Assembly (NCBI RefSeq): GCF_964355755.1
Contig: NC_092675.1
Location: forward strand, 27,562,912-27,626,911
Source of the DNA: Antedon mediterranea
Taxonomy: Eukaryota; Animalia; Echinodermata
DNA: 64,000 bases
Direction: 5' to 3'
Below the pieces are notes generated by a model. It made no database searches, was not told the origin of the DNA, and saw only the letters and a program-made list of their open reading frames with translations. Numbering within the stretch: the stretch's first letter is position 1; every line of letters begins with the position of its first letter. Of this stretch, positions 49,907 to 63,147 are shown in pieces. The translations under genes and the position numbers were made by a program.

Positions 49907-49943
49907 TTTACCGAAACTATGGTATTACCATAGTTTCGGTAAA
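49907..49943. repeat. Perfect 37-bp palindrome (18-bp arms)
   Basis: TTTACCGAAACTATGGTA-T-TACCATAGTTTCGGTAAA. Confidence 0.95.
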
Positions 49944-52085
49944 GTACTGTAACGAAGCAGTGTTTGAATTGGACTAGTTAATTTGACCAATTTAAATACA
50001 GTGGACGGATCAAAGCTATATTCAAGTCATACAAAACAGTCAGAGTAACAATAATAAACGTTCACCATCATGGTATGAGATTCTTTATTCACCTTGCTTT
50101 CCAACAATGTAAATCAATTATTATATACATAATTTATATAAGATGGTGATTACATAGAATACATCCATCGAGATAACAAAAACAGACACTATAGCTAGTA
50201 TGCACTGAAATAAATACAACTGATTTATTTCACAACTATATTAGATAAACTTCACAATAATGACAATAACATGCAGGGAACTAGAAAAACACCCCCCTCT
50301 ATCGTAATTAGAACATAATTAAATTTGTTCTGTACTGATTGGAGTACTAAACGAAAATTTCACACACTCTAAAAATTAGTAACTCTGATGCTGATAGAAA
50401 ATGAAACAAATATTTTAAAAGTCAACATTTATCAATTTTCAGTAATTCATTATGAAATATCTATAAAATAAAAAATCTTGAATATTACCAAGCTCTGTCA
50501 TCATTAAAATCCAAAATATAATGTTATTGTTTAGAAACAAAGTTTAAACACATACACCAATGTGTACTTTATGAAATAATAATATTGAAACATAGTTTTT
50601 ATGTTTTATACTACAAGTATTTTAACAAATTTAATTTTCATATATGAATATACAATTTATTACCGAGAAAAATTTATACTCAAACATTTTAAACTTGAAT
50701 TGAATGGAAATCATTATAGTTTTTAAGATTTTAAATATTTATACTATAACGTATTATACATTGATTTTAACAATCTTAAATACCATGTTTTAACACGGAT
50801 TATAAACACTAATTGGTTATCACATTATTTTCATAGAAAAGTTGTAAAAATAATTTGACAACATGGACAATTTAATTCAGGTTTTAAAAGTTTAGGTCCC
50901 TGAGCTAGTAAGGTTATTCTCTTAATACTGGATGAAAAGTACCATTTATGTATCAGGGTTTTTTCTTTTCTCATTTGACTATTTAATTTCCAAATACATA
51001 GTTTTCATTGAGATAAGCATTACATATATTTTAATACAGGAGAAAAAAAAATTAATAATTAATTTGGATGAAATTAAAAATAAATAAAACTTCATAAATA
51101 TACACAAAAACAATTCATGGTTTTTCACTTGCTCTCTCTCTGTCACACAAGAATTACAAGAGTATCATCAATAAATAAGCTTTAAAAAAGACAACTACAT
51201 ATTTGCACCTACCCCAAAAGAAATCCGCTAATTAATTTATAAATTATCGGACTCTGTTTATCAGGAAGAAAACAGATAAATTATAAGAAATCAAAAGATT
51301 AAAGGTGATGGAATTAACATCTCCCACCGTTACAGTCTAAACAAAATGTATCATACATACAATGCTAAGATAAGTTTCCCTTTAACATGTGAAATCGGAT
51401 AAATTAAATAAGCTAATTACAAAATAATCTATTGTAAATTTTGACAAAAATATACACAACACAAATAATTTTTCACATGGAAATTAACAATAAATAACTG
51501 AAATTTCTAATTTAAAAATAAAAATAGATTCCAGATAACATTCTCTGAAAATACTCTACACTATAAACAGATTTCTAAATTGGGTTTTTTTTTAGAATTA
51601 CAAATATAACAAATATGATATCAAATTCTATTTCACAGCATTTCAGTTTCGCATTGAATAAAAAACTAAAATATTAAATTTAGTTGTTACTGTCTAACAG
51701 TAAATTTTTAAAATGTTCTAAATACAGTTAGTTTCTGTAAAAACTGACAGCGATGCAATTAAAATGTGTAAATTGATAATAAATCATTTTAATGATTTAG
51801 TAAAAAGTGCATCTTAATTTATTTATCAATCTAGTTGAGTTAATTGAAACTTCATTGATATAAAATTCTATGTAATATTTAGAGACATTCATATAAAATT
51901 GAATTTTGTGCAATATCAAATTATAAACACGTACCCATGATTGTACAAAATGTAGTTAATTCCTGAAAAGTGGGTTACTAACTTTATATATTGTCAAAAT
52001 TGATTGTGAATTATTTTTTATATATTCCATCCTCTTTTATAGCTTTCATATAATACTCAATCTCAGTACTGACTTAACTTATGAA

Positions 52086-52350
52086 TAGTGTTTATATCTA
52101 ACAAAATTGTTTTATATCTAACAAAATTGTGTTATATCTAACAAAATTGTGTTATATCTAACAAAATAATGTTACACATAACAAAATAGTGTTACATCTA
52201 TAACAAAATAGTGTTATATCTATAACAAAACCATGTTATATCTAACAAAATAATGTTATATCTAACAAAATAATGTTATATCTAACAAAATAATGTTATA
52301 TCTAACAAAATGATGTTATATGTAACAAATAATTGTTATATCTATAACAA
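52086..52350. repeat. Minisatellite, ~20-22 bp unit GTTATATCTAACAAAATAAT, about 13 copies, in the putative TET 3' UTR
   Basis: Direct tandem array visible in the sequence. Confidence 0.95.
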
Positions 52351-52650
52351 TATTTTCACAAATCTCAATATAATTTGGTCCTGTCTATCTAGTATAGTAT
52401 AGTTTTTAAATTCAATTTTAAATTGCTAGTTTTATTTAACTAATTAAAAACAAATTTGTAATTAATTAAACACTTTTCTATAAGCCAACGTCCAATCAAA
52501 GACTAGTTTTCTATCATACTAACATTTCAAGTAATCTAAATGTATAATCTGTTGTATTTGGTACATAAATTGTTTGACAGAAAAGCGGTCTTTCATTGGA
52601 GTGGACATTAATTTAAAGGTACATAATTAGTCTTTTAAAGACACTTTGTA

Positions 52651-55600
52651 CTACGTTAGCTGTGGAGTTTGTCCCCAGCTCCATTTCTGATATGGACCAC
52701 TAACGATACATTTCATCTCCGGTGCCGTGTTAAAAAGAGATTCTGTTGTTTGAGTATTTGCACGTTTCAATGGTATTTCTGGGACCTTTGCACTTGGGTT
52801 CTTTGAAGAATTGGAATCTTTTGCACTATTACCTGCCTTGCGACGACCTTTGGTTGGTGTTTCTTCACCAGCAAGTCGAGCTGCTTCCTCTTGTTCCTGA
52901 TGTCTAGCCATCATCTTGTCCTCATATTCCTTCATACCATGGTTTCTAACGTTCAAATGTTTATGTTGGTAAAACACCAGACTAATCCTTGATGGATGCT
53001 GCCTACAAGGTCGATGCAGTGCAGTTGTAGCGTGGAGTTCACGTTTCGCAACCTCGAACAGAACCGACCCATGAGTGAGCGCGACAGCTACTCCACCAAT
53101 AGTGGCATCTCTAAAACAATGTGCATTGCTAGTCGTGTATGTTTCATGATCCGACGTTGGTGGAGTGAGTGATTTTATGTCGTTCCCTGCTGGTTGATCT
53201 TGTGGTTTTAACTGGTGACCTGTTGGCATATGTTGCATTTGTGCAGCCATTTGTTGCCTGTGCAAATTAGCCTGTTGGTGATGTAAATTACCCTGCGAGG
53301 CATGTAAATTAGCTTGAGCAGGGTGCATTTGCATCTGATTAGCATGTAGTTGTCCAGGTGCGGATTCTGGAAACATTTGAATGTTTGTCCCCTGGCTATC
53401 TTGTCTAGATTCATTAACTTCTGGTCTTGCTAAATCCTGAGGGTAGAAGCCTGGAACACTGGAAGCATCTTTTGAGACATTTCCACCGGCACTTTGATTA
53501 GAACCTGGTCTTCCAGGACATTGATTTGCAGCTTGTCCTGGGAAATTATGTGGAGATGCCTGATTTCCAAACATTAGTCCACTGTTTTTAGGCGTATGAG
53601 TATTTAAGTCAACAGTCCCAGGCTTTGGAGTTGAAGCAGAAGTTGTACCTGAGTCTTGTGGTGATGCAGCATTTTTTGTCACTTTATCTTCAATTGGCGG
53701 TCGCCATATGCTCGAAGGATTTTGTTGTCCTAGTTGTTGCGACTGTAAACTTGGATCGACCGGTCCTCGTGCTCCAGGGCCAGCTTGATGCTGACCCGGA
53801 AGACCGAACCCGGAAACAACAGGTGCATGGAAACTTGCTGGTCCTCCTACGGGACGAGCACCATGCTCAATACTTGCAGCCCTATTCCAGTGATCGTGTC
53901 GTGTGAGATCAATTTGTGGAATAGGCTGTCCGTGTGGACCGTACATTGCACTTGGAGTATCTTGCCGATGTAACATTGCAGCACCCTGGAAATCTGATTG
54001 TGCCATTAGAGCATTTAAACGTCTCACATCGGGTTTCACATCTTCGAATTGAGGCCTAACATGTGACTGTGCATGCATAAAAGGATTCATGTGTACACCT
54101 GGTAGGTGGCCCTGAAACCTTTGATGTATACCATGCATGTTGGCTTCTGGATGTATCTTATCTTGGCCTAGCAGACCTGGTATTGGAAAGTACTGTGGAT
54201 AGGCTGGATACTGCGAGTACATTTCATATGGATATGCCATTCCTAAATGAGACTGTTGACCCATTATTCCAGGATGCATGCCATTCATGAGATGTATTCC
54301 AAGATTGTCTGTTTGTCGAGCCATCTGCCAATGATTGCGTTGATTGTAAGCCGAGACATTCGTCTCTTGCATATGTTTATTTGAGAGCTGGACACGATGC
54401 TGTGGACCGATTCTCTTAAACTCATCCTTTACGACAACTTCCGAAACTGTCTTTTTATTTGCTTCTTTAGCTTCGCTTTCAGCTGCAGCACTCTGTGCAC
54501 TTGCCTTGGCACGCTTACTCGGACTATCTGAGCTTGAATCTTTATTTCTTTTACCTCTGCCACGTGGAACAATTTGATCTTTTGGTTTTAAACGAACCTC
54601 TTTGCAGTAGTTTGTTAAAACTTCAATTGCGCCACTTTGAACTTTGGCACGTTGACCTTCCGGGTCACCATGTTCGTCAGTACTGTCTAGATAGTAGAGT
54701 GGGAGCACATGAAGTTGTTCATCACCGGGATCTGGTTTAATGTTTCTCACTTCTTCTTTCGTTAATGTTACAACCTAAAAAGAAAGACAACAATATAACA
54801 TTTTAAAGACTGAGAGAAAATCATGCAGAAAATAAATTAACTAATCAACCTAGTCGTCTGCTTGCTTATCATAATTAAAGACATCCTAACACTCTTGATA
54901 ATCGCGGAAAGACCTCTTTGCTAAGACAATTTCTCTAGATTGTTTCTGATATGGAAAAAATGACATTCCATATACCGTACATTTTTTATTTAGTTCTAGT
55001 AAGCCCTAGCATTTGATGCGTTTCATCAACACTTTGTCTGTCTTTGCCAGATCTGGAAAGGGCATAGCATCGTCTTCTTTTAATATAAATACAGATGCAC
55101 AAGATTGTTTTTAATAGCACCTTCTATAATAGTTAAGATGTATTTTTTCCCCAACTTTCTTAGTGCCTTTGTTGTGCTATGCCTTCATAATTTCTCTCGA
55201 TTTTTGGGACCTCTGTTATTTTAAACGTCTCAAAATGCAGTCAAGTAGAAGGTTTGTTAATTGACATGAACGTACCACTGTACAACCATTATTCATATTC
55301 TGTTGATCCCTGTGAGCATGTGCACAGAAGTCCATACATGTAGTAACGCCACCAAATGGTCGACTCGTACCATAACCTATTCTGCATTCATTTCCTTCTT
55401 TTTCAAAATGAACCTGAAACAAATACATACATAGTTGAAAAAATGTTTCCAATAGTTTTCATTTGTTTTTTTTATATTTCGAATCCATCTCAAACATCAT
55501 ACATAAAAACCGTCAAATAAAAAACAGTCAAATAAAATACAATAGAGAAAAAATATTTGATTGATGATAAATTCAGGACAACCTAATTGTACATGCCCTA

Positions 55601-58600
55601 TTGTACAATACATCAGTCTTTTGTATTTTAAAACTTATATAATATATTGTAATACTAATAAATTGTAATTTAGTAAAACATAAACAAAACATAAACCTGC
55701 ACAATACAGCTATGTTCAGAAAGTATAAATCCTTTAATATTTTAAGCCGATTTTCCACTAGGCGAATTTGTTTTGCTACCTTACCTGATGTTCATAAGAT
55801 GCTGGAGCCATCTGCTTGTACATGGGGCTTAAATATGTTGCTAGATTTTGAAGCTCAGTCTCAACAATTTCCTCCTAAAATTCAAAAGAGAAACAATATT
55901 TCTTTTTACAACACACAATTAATGCAAGGAACATCCAAATCAACGTTATTCTGATGCTTATGGTATCTTAGGTGAATATTACTAAAGCCAATTTCACAGT
56001 TTTCAAATGTTAAATGTATTTATTCTGGTGTGCAAGCTTAACTGAAAGCTGAGGTAATTCGGATTAGGCCCTCTACAAACCCACGGCAGCCAGCAGTGAA
56101 GGGCCTACCAGATCAGCACACCGAGAGACAATTCCCTACTCTTTTCAAATAGTGTACCAAGTTCTTCACTATATGTACACGGGAACAAAGCCTTTACATC
56201 CCATGCGAAGGACGAGGCAATGAGAGTAAAGCATCTTGCCTAAGGAACAATATTCTATTGTATTTAAATATATGTGAACTAACCTCTTGTGAGCCATCCA
56301 GTTTAAACTTTCTTGGTGTTTTACTTCTAGCAAACTTGCACCCATTGTAGTACATCAGCCACGAACAACCAAAGGAAAATGAAGCGCCAGAAGTCTCATC
56401 TTCCGTTCCTTGACATGCACAAGATTTTCTGAAAATTAAAACAAAATTTTGTTGTTACATATAATTCCAATTCTTAGATAGTAATGCATAGTATTTTATA
56501 CAATATTAACATTAGTTTAGGAAATTGTTTTGTGTTATAAACAATCCCGGCACCATAGACAGGATGAGTGTTCAATTCGTTTTAGTGTTATGTAGTTAAG
56601 CATTACCATAGTAAGTAATTTGTATATGTATTTCTAATATGTTAAGCGCCTTTGATCATATGTATTTTGAATTTTCATCCTTTCTTGTATTTGCATCCGA
56701 CCAGACAAACAAGTTTTCAAATGTTTGAATACAGATAAACAACTATTTTTTTTTCTGGTCAAAAGTTCTGGTAGAAAGAGCATTTAGAATAAAGAATTTT
56801 AATTTATCAAAAATGCTGTACTAACTCTTCATTTGTTCCGCAACGTCTGACTGTCGGCGATCCATGTTTTGGAAGAATTGTTGATAACATTGTATACAAA
56901 TTATCAGATACATTTTCTTGTACACCTTCCCATAATATAATTCCAATGATAATGAAAGCCGTTTCACATGAGTGACCAAAACGATGGCGAACTAACACCA
57001 GCATCTTCTCACTTTTACCTGATCGTCGGATTATCTAGAAATTAAATGTAAATCTATTATTGTTTGTCCTCAGTTAAGGGAGGATTAGGCCCTCTACGGA
57101 CCCACGGCTATCACAGTGTAACCATGTATGTATGTATGAAGACAGGACCAACAGCTTTACATCCCATAAGAAGGACGAGGCGGTAATGTAACTTGTCTAC
57201 AAGCAATATGGCAATGCCAACCAGTTCTCAAACCCATGCCTGTTCTAACATGTAAGTTTTATTTTCTATATTATGCCATAACCAATGTAAAGAGTCAATG
57301 TAGCAGAATAATTCAAATCAGGCAAGAGTAAAATTTAATCTTTTCTGATTAAACCACGTTGTCTGTTCTAATGCAACTAATTTCCATATTCACTGTCACT
57401 TTGTAAAGTAAGCTCATGTATCTTTTATTCATGAACACAATGCTGCCCTCTCATGTCGTAAATTACATGGAATGCTTTAACCTTCAACAGATAAAAACAC
57501 AATTTGAGGTTTGACTAATTTAGAATAGAAGATGATCCCTTGAGGATTTTGAGGTAAACCAATAGTAAATAGGTCAATCTATTAAGGGACGCACTTAAAA
57601 TACTGCACATTTTGAATAAACATAGTGAGTCAAACAATATTCATTCTATTCTACATTAGTTGTGTTAAAGAAACTTTAAAACTAAGATAATACTTAGTCC
57701 ATTAATATTATTTTTAATCATTTGTGGAAACTTACCCATTTTGCAATTGGACAACCTAACTCCGTCTTCCCTTCCTTACCAGAATAAACCAACTTTTCAA
57801 TACGCACAGCTGCACCAGACTCTCCATATCTGATGAAATAGATGACAGTTTAATGTTCATATTCGATAATATTATTGGAATTCCAATGTATTTATTAAAG
57901 TTATCAAACATTTATATAATTTAATGTTTAATATATTTCTGTGTGTCTACTGCAAATAAATAACTGGATAAATAGCATGAACTTTCCATTTTAATGGCAG
58001 CAAAATGAATGCCATTTACTGTCTTTACTGAAATATCATAAGGAGTTGTGAGATTCAATTCACACAATGATAAACCAGTGTTTGGGTAGGTGGATATGTT
58101 CTGTTTTTTACAGTACACGAAAATATAACATTGTACAGTAATCTTACCTTTCTTCCATCATTTTTCGTATTGCTTTTATTGATGGTCCAGCTCCAAGGTG
58201 TGTGTAATATGGTGCATCGTCTTTCTCAACCTCACCTGTAGGTAAAGTATAACATTTGTATGATATGGCATAACATTTGTATGATATGGCATAACATTTG
58301 TATGATATGGCATACAATCAGGGAGAACCAATCTAGAAATGACATTTGTTAACCAACTTGGACTCAATTCATGCATCACATACAGTTTTCTCTTTGCTGT
58401 GGGTGGAAGTTCTCCTAACTGGGAATAACTTTAGATTAAGTATCACAATTTGTTCTCATGACCTCAACTACTACTGTATTAGCCATAATAGTGTGTAAAA
58501 TGGTCATTCACCATTATTGTTGTAATCCATAAGTAATTAACACAATATCGTTACCATACATACCACAATTACAATCTGGAGGTAAGACCTTTGCATCCTC

Positions 58601-60337
58601 CTCCAATCGTTTTGTCATCTCCCAATGTTCATATTCTTGCTCCACAGTATCCGCTATACTTTTTCTTTTCTTTTTCTTCTCTTCTTCAACTTCCTCGGCA
58701 GCTTTTCCTTCTGATTTGTCTTCCTTAGTTTCTCCTTCCACCGTCGTTTTCTCCGGAGGCGGCGGCGACCGTGGGGGTGTATTGCATGGGTTCACAATGG
58801 TCACCATTTTACTTGGTCTTGTATTGAGTACTGGTGGTCCAAGAGGTGTAAGTAAGGGTTTTGGAGGATCCAACGTGTGCGCACTCTCAAGTTTCTTAGT
58901 CGGTCGTGGTTGCCTTAAACTATTTTTTAAAGCAATTTCTGCAGAAACGTGGTCTTTCGTTTTTTGTGGTTTTGTTATTGTTTTAGTTTCATTTGAACTG
59001 GATTGTCCATATGATTGCAAACTGTTTTCCTGCTGTGTTGAGCTGTTCAATTTAGGTGTTTCTGACCGTGATTTACTTTTAGATATTTTAGTTTTCGTCT
59101 GTTCAAGTTTTTCCACACTGCTTATTACTGTTGGTGTGTCCATAAAACCCATGTTGTTATTTGCCACAAATGGAGAAGCACTGCCCTTAGAAGAGGTCTG
59201 TAAAGACTGTTCAATAGGGACATTATTTGCATGCTGCTTTCCTGATTGTTCAGGGGTTGCAATTCTCATTGTCTGTTCAACTGCAGTTTTCTGTGCCTTT
59301 TTAGAATCCTTAGGATTCATTTCTTTTGATAACATTTCCATCGACATTATTGGGTTCATACCTCCGTTTGCGAATCTTTCATGAAACCGATTAATAAAAT
59401 TTGGTGGAAATTTTTTTGGATGACTAGGCAATTGATGCCTTTGTTCAGTATTCATATTTGGGGCACAATTCTGTTGAAGTATTTGATTGGAATTCGTATG
59501 GGGACTATGCATTCTGTAATTAGGGTCCATATGTGGTTGTTGGTATGGGTGAGGTCTATGGAGTTTCTGTTGGTATCTACTGGCTTGTGATGCATCCATG
59601 ACAACAGATGCTTGTTGGCCATTGGCCTGCCTGTGGTAGTTAGGATTTGCTAGTGTATTGTCTTTGCCCACATTCTGAGCATGTTGTTGAACAGCATTTG
59701 GATCAAACATATTCCACTGGTTGCCTTTTGCAGCAATGTTATGCGGGTCAATTTGGGGGTGCATCTGCGGCTGACTATGACTACTACCAGAGTCTGGACT
59801 TCCAACACTGGCTGTTTCACGTATGCCAGAATGTAACGACAAAAGTGATTGCGCAACGTCCATTGTCTTTGTAGGGGGTAGATTACTTGAAGTCTCTTTT
59901 TGGGGCACTGCTTCTAGCAACGCCTGTTGAGGCAAATAGCGCATATCAGTTTGTGGATTTGGTGTGGTACGCTCATTTGAATTTTGCATTAGTGCCACCT
60001 GGTTATGTAATTGATGGCCAGCCACCTGTGTACTTTGGTTAAAGCCTGGACTACCTGTAGTCCTAAAATCATTTCTTGCAGCAAATTCCTGTTGAAATAA
60101 ATGTTGGTAACTTCCTTTCATGTGAGGGTGGCCTTTAGCAGCCGCAAGATGTTGCACTCTAGCCTTTTCATCTTGAATGCTTTGGTAAGGGTCCCAGTAA
60201 TGTGGACTATGACCGTTGAGAAGCACACCAGGCTGCTGTTGAGATGCCTGTGGCGGAACTTGTGGATTCATCGTTGGTGATGTTGTAGTTGTTGTCGTAG
60301 ATGTTGCTGCTTCTGTTGATGTCTGGTTCTTGGCATT
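52651..60337 (-). CDS. TET: TET methylcytosine dioxygenase (5' exons outside the window or not identified)
   Basis: Exons 60337-58564, 58235-58148, 57829-57736, 57034-56826, 56428-56284, 55874-55785, 55413-55276, 54774-52651. Cys-rich domain ([40 protein letters not shown]); DSBH motifs [45 protein letters not shown]. Confidence 0.97.
56060..56248 (-). mobile_element. Degenerate SINE copy in a TET intron
   Basis: GGATTAGGCCCTCTAC..CCCACGGC and CTTTACATCCCAT..GAAGGACGAGGC are shared with 57078-57240. CCCTACTCTTTTC resembles the central block of the 47885 SINE. Confidence 0.6.
57078..57240 (-). mobile_element. Degenerate SINE copy related to 56060-56248
   Basis: Same shared blocks as 56060-56248. 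Confidence 0.55.
58247..58312. repeat. 21-bp tandem repeat x3 (ATAACATTTGTATGATATGGC) next to a TET splice acceptor
   Basis: Three direct copies immediately upstream (minus strand) of the AG at 58237-58236. Confidence 0.92.
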
Positions 60338-61575
60338 CTGAAATTACAATAAAATCATTGATTATTTGTATAAATACGTTATTATAAATCATAATAAAAT
60401 GTACTGTACAACTGGTATTACAAATGTTCTATAAATATGTAATGATGTAATAATTAAAATTAAAAACATAGGTGATCTGCTGTGTAAGGATCACCATATA
60501 CTGTACATATTAGAACTGAATTATGAAATTAAGCTTTAGAAAAAGTCAATCTGATGGTGTACAATACTGGTACAGATGGGACACTTGGAAATGAACAAGT
60601 AACAGTATAACACAAACTCTATAAATGGGGATTTGTCGATTCCGGTGTCCCCTTAATAGGGGTTCTAGCATAATACAATTATAATACAAGGGTACAGTTC
60701 AAATGATGACAAAAATGGAAATAAATTATGATTATTATTTATATACAGTATCTAACATTAGCAAATGATATGTCATGCAGCTGTTTATTTGTCTGTTTTC
60801 TGTTTAGAAGTTGGTATAAGACAAGTTCTTTTAATTCCTTGAAACAGTTCCTATTTACTGTAACAATTTAACTTATTGTAAATGTATGCTTGTTTTTTTT
60901 CCCTCTCTTTTTTCTTGGACTGTTTCAAATAAATGTTAATGAAATCTAACAATAAACAAATAACCAGAAAAGCCAATTACAAAATTGTCACTACACAGTA
61001 AATTGTATCATCTATCTAGTCAATACCAGTATCTGTCTGATCCAGGATGTTGGACTCTACCTTGTTTATGCTGTTGGTGAGTACAGTTGTTATAAAGTAT
61101 TTTAAGACTAATCAAATGTAATCAAAGTTTAACATGACTTGTCTGAAACGCATGTCTTAAATATGGCTAGCCAACATGAACTTAAGATCCTTATCAGATA
61201 TTTCTCATCAGTTAATCTTGCTAATGGCAAGCTGAAAAACTTGTAGCTGTCCGATTGTGTTATCTTAGCAGAATATCTATTAAAATGTTTATCATTTAAA
61301 ATCTGTATTCCATCAGGAGACTAGAGGTTACTAGCATAAACAGTAGGAAATGGCAGATTGCTGAATATACAGGAACCGAACAAAATGAACAATACAACTC
61401 ATTGTATTCAGATATTTATCAATCCAGATGTAAAATTAAAGCAAAACGTGCAACTATTTCATCAGGAGAATTATACTGCTGCGAAGTAAAGGTATGAAGT
61501 ACAGTAACGATACATTCAAAATATAAACTACATACACTTTCCAATGAAATGAACAAGGGGAATGTATTTTGTAAA

Positions 61576-61685
61576 GGTCTACTACAGTAGTTTGAAAAAT
61601 GTGATGTGCCCAAATATTGTAGTAATGTGACATCATCGTGTGCATAAATGGGCACATCATATTTGGTTGTCACATCAAGTTTAAG
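61576..61685. mobile_element. Degenerate copy of the short MITE family
   Basis: TGTGATGTGCCCAAATATTGTAGT...GGGCACATCA...TGTCACATCAAGTTT. Confidence 0.7.
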
Positions 61686-62751
61686 AGGTCACTTTGTTGG
61701 GTTCTGGGGGTGTCCCTTTTACTGTTTACAGACAGACTGTACAAAAACAAGCAAAACAAAATGCATTGAAAAGTGATTGGGGGAAAAACATTTTAACACT
61801 ACATTACAGTCAACCCCTATTAAGGGAACACCTCTATTAAGGGAAACTCTGTTGGGTCCCGATGACACAATGACAACTTTTTTTTTTTAATAAACAAATT
61901 TATTAAAAAAAAAAAATTAATAGTGACAAATTCAGGCTTTTGAAACCCCTGTAGCTAGATGACCTAGTCATGGCTGTTTTATCGCATTATTTACTACTAC
62001 TATTACAAACAACAGATGCAAACAAAAGTCTAGGTAAGATTCAACTGATAATGAATGCCAGGTAACCCAGTAATAATTCAAGTACGGTACGGTACGTACG
62101 TGAGTACTAAGGAATATTAAACATATCTACCACATGACAAGGTTAATACTAATTACTACATGTCAAATATTCCAAAATAGTCTCTCAGAACAAAGCCATG
62201 TAAAAATCCCACCCTATAGAAAATGGGTCAAATTTCAAAAACTGAAAATGGAACTTGGTTTATTCCCTATATAAAACTGCACGTACTGTACAGTATGCGA
62301 TTAAACATTGTTCATGTTTAGATCTACTGTAGAGAAATTGTCATAGTTACAAACAAACATAGGAGTTGAAAAAGAACAGAGAATTCATTGTATATAACAA
62401 TAGTTACATTCTGTAGCTACTCCCTTGAAATTAAGTTGAATAAATATTAAGGTGGTTAAAACTGGTTATTTACTATTTCCAGTTTTGCTACAGTACTTTA
62501 CACAGTAACAGTAAAAAGATTATTTCATTTATAATACATGGTTATAGGCTTATTGTAAGAAAACCGGTGAAAAGATTAAATATTGCATCTAATAAATCCT
62601 TGGCCCCACCTGATAAGCTCACTTTGGTACTACTACACTATGTTAGTTGTAAACTATTAAAGTCACACTAAAATAATATTTGCTGGTACACTGCAGTAGT
62701 ATTGCTAAATATATTTCACATCTTGGCCATCATACAGTATGTCATAATTAA

Positions 62752-63147
62752 TTAGGTGATCATTTAGAATAAAATGATCACCTATTGTTATTGTATAAAA
62801 TCTTTATTATTATTTTTCTTTTTATTGTTTCTGTACACTATTTTGTGTAACAATTATCTCAAAAAGTTTAATGTCAATGATTACCAAAATTTCAGAATAT
62901 CTTTCAAATAATATAACTTAATCCTAATAAGCTTTCCAGCGTCATCACTCGTCCGTGATGTCATTTATACGCGATTTTGCGAACAACTAAGCGCTATAAG
63001 TGTATATGCATCATGTCATAGGATGGCGTACATCAACTTTTTACGATGGTATGTTAACGTACGTGCATGTTTAAAAAATGTTAATTTCATTAAATTTATG
63101 AAAATGATCACCTATAATTCGTCAAAGTGACGAATTAAATTCTAGTT
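62752..63147. mobile_element. Internally deleted copy of the Helentron/DINE-like element at 11-1608
   Basis: Identical 5' IR pair and 3' IR-hairpin-CTAG end. Aligns to about 12-250, then jumps to about 1455-1608. Confidence 0.85.

Noticed and set aside
52526-52533. miR-26 seed site (TACTTGAA on the minus strand) in the TET 3' UTR
   Set aside because: miR-26 is considered vertebrate-restricted, and a single AT-rich 8-mer is expected by chance here.
58716-59874. Plus-strand ORFs (222, 69 and 75 aa) opposite the large TET exon
   Set aside because: Antisense shadows of TET coding sequence with no independent motif.
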